A DNA stretch of 64,000 nucleotides from Octopus vulgaris (lineage: Eukaryota), in NCBI GenBank assembly GCA_951406725.2, contig OX597839.1, forward strand, positions 2,356,001 through 2,420,000, given 5' to 3'. Below are positions 56,237 to 64,000 of the stretch, piece after piece. The notes beneath the pieces were generated by a model, which worked only from the letters and a program-made list of their open reading frames with translations, was not told the origin of the DNA and did not search any database. The translations under genes were made by a program, and so were the position numbers. Every line of letters starts with the position of its first letter. Position 1 is the stretch's first letter.

Positions 56237-58509
56237 TGGGTGGAGAGAACATGTGGAGAGCCTTGTACAGTAGTGGACTGAACATGAGCAACCCCCCAAA
56301 AAAACTGCATCTCTCTGCCAAGCCATGTTGAGCCAGTATGGCAGAGTAGGCTCATCAAACCAGTTTGATCTCCAGCTCAAACTCACAGCCCCCACATCAG
56401 ACTCTAGTTGGGTGGAGAAAACATGCTGAGGCCTTTGTCCTACAGTGGACTAAACATAGGCAATCCAATAGAGATCCACCTTCACATATAGAGTGTAGGG
56501 TGACATTTTTTGAGATATAAAAAAAAAAAGAAAAAGTGTGTCTGATATGCAATCAAATATGGAAATTTAATGAGCAAGAAGTTCCAGTTGAGTAAACTGA
56601 AAAGTCACGACATGAAATCATGACCAAGATCCATTTTTATTGTTGTTTGACCCACTAGCCTTTAAACCAGCCATGTTCAGCCCAAATATTTTCCCTGTTT
56701 TATGTTCAAAATGGTCTGATCTGGCCTTTCACACCTATTCTGCAATGTTATTCTATAAAGAAACAATCACATCATCAAACTGTACCAGTACGTTGAGGGA
56801 ACAAGTGATTACTTTGACCCCCAATGTTCAACTGGTACTTATTTTACTGACCCCAAAAGGATGAAAGGCAAAGTCGACCTTAGTGGAATTTGAACTCAGA
56901 ATGTAAGACTGGATAAAATACCAATTTCTTTACTGCCCACAAGGGGCTAAACACAGAGAGGACAAACAAGAACAGACAAATGGATTAAGTCGATTATATC
57001 GACCCCAGTGCGTAACTGGTACTTATTTAATCAACCCCAAAAGGATGAAAGGCAAAGTTGACCTCGGCGGAATTTGAACTCAGAACGTAGCGGCAGACGA
57101 AATACCACTAAGCATTTTGCCTGGCATGCTAACAAATCTGCCAACTTGCCACTGTTTATAATAATAATAATAATAAAGGTTTCATATTTTGGAGAGAGTG
57201 GCTAAGTTGATTACATCAACCCCAGTGTTTCACTGGTACTTAATTTATCGATCACAAAAGGATGAAAGGCAAAGTTGACCTCAATGGAAACTGAATTCAG
57301 AATGTTAACACAGATGAAATGCCATTAAGCATTTTGCCCAGGTGTGATAACAATTCTGCCAGCTCCCTGCTTTCAACATGAGGAAGTATTACCTATTGCT
57401 TTACTACCCACAAGGGCTACACACAGAGAGGACAAACAAGGACAGACAAACGGATCAAGTCGTTTATATCGACTCCAGTATGTAACTGCTACTCATTTAA
57501 TCGACCCCGAAAGGATGAAAGGCAAAGTTAACCTCGGTGGAATTTGAACTCAGAACGTAGCGGCAGATGAAATACTGCTAAGCATTTCCCCCGGCGTGCT
57601 AACGTTTCTGCCAGATCGCCGCCTTGCTCAGACAAAAGAAGGGTATCCAGCTTTAGAAAATCTGCCTCAACAAATTCCATTTATCACCCTACTCTCCACC
57701 CACCTTGCAATCATGGAAAAGTGGACATAAAAACAATGCTGATTTACTAATTAGGCGCAAGCATAGCTGTGCAGTAAGAAGCTTGCTTCCCAACTACATG
57801 GTTCTGGGTTCAGTCCCAGTGTGTGGCACCGTAGACAAGGGTCTTCTACTATAGCCTCAGGCCAACCAAAGCCTTGTGAGTGGATTTGATAGATGGAAAC
57901 CGAAAGAAGCCTATTATTTGTGTGTGTGTGTGCATACATATATCTGTGCGTATTTGTGTTTGACCCTCACCACCACTTGACAACCAGTGTTAGTGTGTTT
58001 ACATCTCAATAACTTAGTGGATCGGCAAAGGAGACTGATAGAATAAGTGCTCAGCTTAAAAACCAACAAAAAAAAATTGTATCATTGATTGTCATCATTC
58101 AACATCCGTTTTCCATGCTGACAAAGAGAGGACTGTACCAAGCTCTGTCTACTTAGGCATAATTTCTACATCTAGATGCCCTTCCTAATACTAACCACTT
58201 TACAGCGTGTACTGGGTGCTTTTTATGTGGTACCAACACCAGCAAGGGTTACCAAATAAGCAGCAAGAGAAAGACACCCCTGTCAACCAGATAGGGAAGT
58301 AGTATTAAGTGAGGTGGCTTTATGCAGGTTGACAAGTGGTTAAAACATAATAGATGGATAGAGATAGGTGTTTTGATGTAGAGGAGACACATGGCTGGCA
58401 ATATAATTGCTTCTAATTTAGACATAAGCCCAGCAATTTTGAAGGTAGGTGCTTAGTTCATACCACTGATCCCCAGTATATGACTGCTACTTTACCGTGA
58501 AAGGATGCT

Positions 58510-58775
58510 GCTGCTTCATGCTCTTGCTTGATGAGGCTGGGGTCATCCCATGTTAGTGGTCCCAGAGACATCAACATGCATAGAGATGACCAGGTCCACC
58601 ATTGCTGGTTGTCCCATGCCAGCTCCTCTGCATCCTCCAAGGTGATGTCAAGCCTCTGCAGATCTTCCCTGGTCACATGCAGCCATCTGGTGTGGGGCCT
58701 GCCATGAGGCCTCTCCCAGCCCGCAGCTGCTGCATTGAATGAGAGTAAAGCCCTGGTAGGATGATCTAGCGAGGA
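58510..58775 (-). mobile_element. Old RTE-like LINE 3' relic
   Basis: GWERPHGRPHTRWLHVTREDLQRL resembles the RTE R.RGRP..RW C-terminal motif. Confidence 0.6.
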
Positions 58776-60711
58776 GACAGAGGATATGTCCGTACAAGCG
58801 CATGCAATGGATGAACTATGAGGTGGGAGGCTGCAGGATAATGCATACATGCACGCAGTTCTTTGTTGAAAATGTGGTCGGAAAGAACTTAGAATATAGA
58901 AAACCACAAAGACTACAAGGCATTTTCTCCTACATTCTAATAATTCTGCTAAGCCATCTTTTTTAATAATTTCAAGTTTAGGCACGAGACCAGCAATTTT
59001 GAGGGGAAGGTGTTTAGTCTACCAGATCCACTCACAAGGCTTTGCTCCGCCTGAGGCTATAGTAGAAGACACTTGCTCAAGGTGACACGCAGTGGGACTG
59101 AACACGGAACCGTATGGTTGGGAAGCAAGCTTCTTACCACACAGCCACGCCTGCGTCAATTACCTAAATAAAAGGCAAATCATACAGGGGAAGGAACAGT
59201 TATACTGTTCATAATACTTGGCTGTTTTTCAAAGCCGCTTAATGGTAGAATCATCAGCACTCCGGACAAAGTGCTCAGCGGTATTTCGTCCGTTTTTACG
59301 TTCAAGTTCCGCCGAGGTCGAGTTTGCCTTTCATCAGTTCGAGGTCTATAAAATAAGCACCAGTTGAGCACTGTGGTCGATGTAACTGACTTACCCCCTC
59401 CCCCGAAATTGCTGGCCTTGTGCCAAAATTTAAAACTAATATTTGACTATTTTTTACCGAACAAGGAAGAAAGGCAAAACTGACCTCGACGGGACTTGAA
59501 CTATAAAGAAATTGAATAAATACCGCAAGATATTTTGCCAAACGCTTTAAATATTTATCAAGCCATTACCCTTAATCTTCAACATAAGCACTGCAGTAGA
59601 AATTTGAAGAGTACGTCGACCCAAGTACTTGACTGGTCCTGTATTTTATCGATTCCAGACGAATGAAAGACAAAGCTGACCACGTCGGGATTTGAAGTGA
59701 GATCACAAAAGGCCGGAAGAAATACTGCAAGGCATTTTGTCCGACGTTTCAACGATTCTGCCAATCAAACAAATATTTAAATGTCGTAGTATTTTAACTA
59801 TAACCTACGTTAAAACGGCAAGCAATGGTTGGTCGAGAGTTTTTGATAATGAAAAAACAATTAGTAAATTAATAACAACGCTATTAATAATTAGTTGGCG
59901 AGTAGAAATGAAAAATTTTTTGTGTATGTGCGTAAATGTGTGAATGCGTATGTGTGTGTCTCCAACCACTCCAAAACAGGGGGAAATAACTCTCATTTAA
60001 AAACCGGATATTTCTCAATTTGTTTTTGAAAAAAAACATAATTGTTTTTAAATTTACCACCAAACACAGTACAATTATATAACTGTTAAAATTAGAATCA
60101 ATCAATTAGTATACAAACTATATATATATATATATTTAGATGATTAGAAAAGTAAATAATGAAATGCTATAACAGTAAATATTTAAGAGGAAACAACAGT
60201 GACCAAGCACCGGTTAAGCTCACCACGTATTTACATGATAGAGTGTAAAATTTTCTCAAATATATATATACACACATCTAATATTTATCATTGATAGTAA
60301 TAAATCGATTTGTCCTGGTCGGTTCTTGACAAGCCATAAAAAACCATTATTTTATTTCAAGAGTTTTAATAACATTTGCAGGCTTCTGATGTAAGAGTAA
60401 CCACAAGCTTATAAAGGGGGAGGTGCCTGAGGTTCTTCTCAGTTCCTAAAGCAAATATAAACGTTGTTTCCTTAAGCAATATTACTTCCGATCTTTCACT
60501 AAACATTACGATTGCATTTAATGTTAACCTAAAAACAAAATCTGATAGATATGCTGAACGGGAAAGAGAGAAAATATATAAGTATTTCGTTACTTTGGAA
60601 TGTTTTTAATTTCCAACAGCAAGGGCTTTTTTTATGTGGACAAATAAGATAATCGAGCATAGATAGTTTCAAAACAGCAACAATAATGGTTTTATAAAAC
60701 ATGCCTCATAC

Positions 60712-60938
60712 CTCTCGATATCGATATATTTTTTATAAGTCTTCTTCAAAGTTCTCATCCGTTCCTTAACCTGAGGGACTGTCCTTTGAATACCCCTTTC
60801 CAATAACTTCTGGCGTATAAGTTCATAAATATGTCTATTCCTACAGCTTTCGAGTCCCTCTTGGATTTCCTCTTCGCCCCAAACATTAATGAGTTCAAAT
60901 GTCTCGTTGTCGGTCCAATTTTGGCCACGTTCGGTCAT
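60712..60938 (-). CDS. Second Myb/SANT-like first exon (1B): paralogue or alternative first exon
   Basis: MTERGQNWTDNETFELINVWGEEEIQ...QVKERMRTLKKTYKKYIDIE plus AG|gtatga. About 49 of 76 positions identical to exon 1A by hand alignment; same intron position and phase. Confidence 0.85.
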
Positions 60939-61020
60939 TCTTTGGGAGATAGTAGTCAACATGTAATATGCATGTGACTCCCAGCTCACTAACAACAGAG
61001 TGTTGCATGATGGGAGTCGT
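60936..61020. promoter_or_regulatory. ZNF143/Staf-like motifs beside exon 1B
   Basis: GCATGATGGGAGTCGT (61005-61020) and CATTCTTTGGGAGATAGTAGT (60936-60956) resemble the GCAT..TGGGA.TTGTAGT consensus. Confidence 0.35.
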
Positions 61021-61190
61021 TTATCCAGGATAACTGTTCTTCGCCAATGAATGATATATATATATACACACACATATACATACGCACATACATATATACA
61101 CATAAACATACACAATTTCTGTATGCCTGTAAATATATACACAGTTACACACACATACACATAAACACACACATTCAAACTAACACACAG

Positions 61191-61240
<50 letters not shown>

Positions 61241-61931
61241 TCGTACACATTAACACATCATCTGTGTACGTATTATATGTATATATATATATACATATAT
61301 ATATATGTGTGTGTGTATATACACAGTGTAAGAATAGGCTACCCAGCCCAATAATAAAACATAGTAACCCTTGTTACTATTTGTACCACCACCACTACTA
61401 TTAATATCATTCCTATTATTATTTCTATTATTACTACTATAGCTGACCTTAATTAGAACAACGATGATTCCAACAAGTAATTTCTTGTCAACATTTTTTT
61501 TTCTTTCCAGAAGGTTTTATCTAATTATTTAAGAGGTTTTGTTTATTTCTTTTTTTTTTGACAGAACATTTCAAACCTTTTCATAACTCGAAATAAAAGT
61601 AGTTGATTTGATCAAAATTACTTAGCTATTCTATTTTTGAAAATAAAGTATACAATTTAATATGTATATATATATATATATATATTAGATATTGATATTA
61701 CTTTTTCGTGTTAGTCATTGAACTGCGGCCGTGCTGGAGCACTTTTTCAATAAACGAAATTTATTATTATTTGAAATAAATGTGTACAATTTATATATAT
61801 ATAATATACCTGCGAATATTCTTCCTTCAATAACATGAAATATGTTTACATAACGTTTTTATTCCGTTTTTTCATAACTTGAAAAAGAAACGTAATTATA
61901 TATATATTGTAATCGAAGTATAATTTCATTT

Positions 61932-62019
61932 AAAAGTTGTGTATTTCCACAACTTTAAAAAATATATTTTTGATATATACAGAAAGTATTTTTTAAAGTT
62001 GTGAAAATATACAACTTTA
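61932..62019. repeat. Imperfect AT-rich palindrome
   Basis: aaagttgtgtatttccacaactttaaaaaata...tattttttaaagttgtgaaaatatacaacttt. Confidence 0.65.
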
Positions 62020-63337
62020 TTGTCTTTTATTTAAAAAAAAAAAACTAGAATTAACAGTTGATTGCAGTTGTTACGACAAACATTTCGTTGTCAAATCAAA
62101 TCGATCGATAAATATATATAATCATCAAATGATCGAATGACATATTAGATTTCGCTGATCGATACTTTTCTTGATTTCTTAACTTTTTCGTTATAAATTG
62201 TAAATAACGATCAAGAATTGTCCAAGTAATAAAAGAAAAATTAAAGAACTATGTAATTTAATATAAATACTAATTAATAATTAGGTTCTTTTACATAAAG
62301 TTTTTTTTTCTTTTTCAACTAATATTTTTAAAAGATACTAATTAACTGTACAGAAAATCATAAAATTAGCATTTTCGGGTGCGATAAGCACAAAAATAAA
62401 TTATAAAGCCGTAATAGATGGGATTGAAACTGTCGATGCGGTTGTTTTTCTTTCTTCAGTTTTTACGTTCCTTTAAATCATTCATCTTCTATCTTTTATT
62501 TGTTTCAGTCATTGGACTTCGGTCACACTAGGGCACCACTTTGGGGGGTTTTAGTCGAACGAATCGACGACCCCAGTACTTATTTTTTAAGCTTCGTCAC
62601 ACAGTCAGTTTATGGGGACGTAAACAAACTAACACCGGTTTCAAACGGTGGAAGATAAACACCAAAACATACACAGAGAAACCTTTCAGTTTCTGTCTAC
62701 CAAATGTACGCACAAAGCATTTGGGCCCCCTGAGGCTTATAGTAGAAAATACTTGCCCAAGGTGCCACGCAATGTGTCTGAAACTGGTCGGGGCGTAAAA
62801 TTCTTACCACACATCCATAATTTCATTTTATTATTATTTTTTCTGTCCAGTGTAACAGTGAAATACACCAATTATTAATTTTAACGAAGCACCTTGTCGG
62901 AGAGAATAATCAGTTTTGTATAACCATTTACTGGTTTCAAACACTAGACCACGGCGACCGAGCTGGAGCACTAACTTCTTTGAGGATTCTTTGGTCGATT
63001 ATTTCTATCTTCATCGATTTCAGGCTGGTTCTTTTTTTTTCCCCCGATCTCTGCCTCGTAAGGCTTCGTTTCCTTCTGACATTGAGGGAAGCAACTCGAT
63101 GCAATGTCTTACACAGGTAAGGAACCAGGCACATACGTTCGTTCGTACGTACATACTTACATGCATACATACATGCATGCATACATACATACATGCGAGC
63201 GTACGTACATACATGCATACACAGGGATATATACATATACACAAGTGTAAGTTCATACATACATTTATATATATACATGCATGCATACATGTATACATGT
63301 GCCCATACATATAGAGATACATACACAGATGCATGCG

Positions 63338-63379
<42 letters not shown>

Positions 63380-64000
63380 CATGCATACATATATACATAA
63401 ATACAGATGTACATTCACACATGCATCTATTTATACATGTATATACACACGCTTGCATGTAAGTATATATATATTGGTTTTAAATTTTGGTAGAAAGTCA
63501 GTGATTTCAGAGCAGTGGGCAAGTCGATTATATCAACCCCATTACTCAATTAGTATTTACTTTATCGGTCCTGTAAGGACGAAAGGAGGTCAACTTCGAC
63601 GGAATTTGAACTCTGAACATGAAACTGGATGAAATGTTACTGGGCATTTTCCCATTGTGCTAACAAATCTCTGCTGACAAGATATCAGTCGAGCTGAAAT
63701 CAGAGTTCACCGAGAAAAGATGTGCAATGTGAAAGAAGCCTCTAGACATGAAGAAGGGGAGTTCTCTAAATTTTTTTTTTTTTTTCCATCTACTAGGGAG
63801 AGGATCCCATTAGATTCTTGTGGGCACTAGCATGTGTGCTGCCTAAGGGGGCCCTTCAGTTTGCTGCCCCCTGCCTCCAACAAAAAATACATATTGCCTA
63901 CTGCAGACCCAAAAGTGATGCCTCCTCCTCTACCCTCTTCTAACTGTGCCAGTGCTTATGGGTTTGTAGCAGGAATTCAAAACCAAATCCCTGAATATGC

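Noticed and set aside
35385-60938. Active Harbinger transposon as the source of the Myb/SANT exons
   Set aside because: No Harbinger transposase or bounding TIRs seen, and multi-kb TE-filled introns indicate a host gene. Ancient domestication is not excluded.
60939-61178. N-terminal extension of the 169-aa ORF
   Set aside because: Runs into microsatellite. Homology with exon 1A starts at the ATG at 60938 and ends at the donor at 60711.

Overview
AT-rich, microsatellite-saturated animal genomic DNA. The tRNA-derived SINE families and (TA)n density suggest Octopus; this is inferred from recognition, not a search. Almost all supplied ORFs are translations of simple repeats. One real gene is supported: a minus-strand, 4-exon, 291-aa Myb/SANT-like (trihelix/MSANTD-type) DNA-binding protein, join complement(42973-42744, 39575-39412, 38075-37929, 35719-35385), with canonical phase-compatible splice sites. 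About 18 kb upstream lies a second, ~65% identical Myb/SANT first exon (60938-60712) with the same phase-2 donor and no visible downstream exons of its own. It is a candidate alternative first exon that would swap the DNA-binding domain on shared constant exons. The 5.6-27.2 kb region holds 12 copies of a non-coding unit bounded by ~100-bp inverted arms embedded in (TA)n, giving 24 arms in strictly alternating orientation. Three type I hammerhead ribozyme motifs were found: one in a retrozyme/Penelope-like ~588-bp-period element at 9.5-10.4 kb, and two as mirror copies in a near-perfect 340-bp palindrome at 45.6-46.0 kb. The rest is decayed LINEs (CR1-like, RTE-like), SINEs, mariner/Tc1/pogo relics and MITEs. 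All calls were made by eye, so repeat boundaries are approximate.
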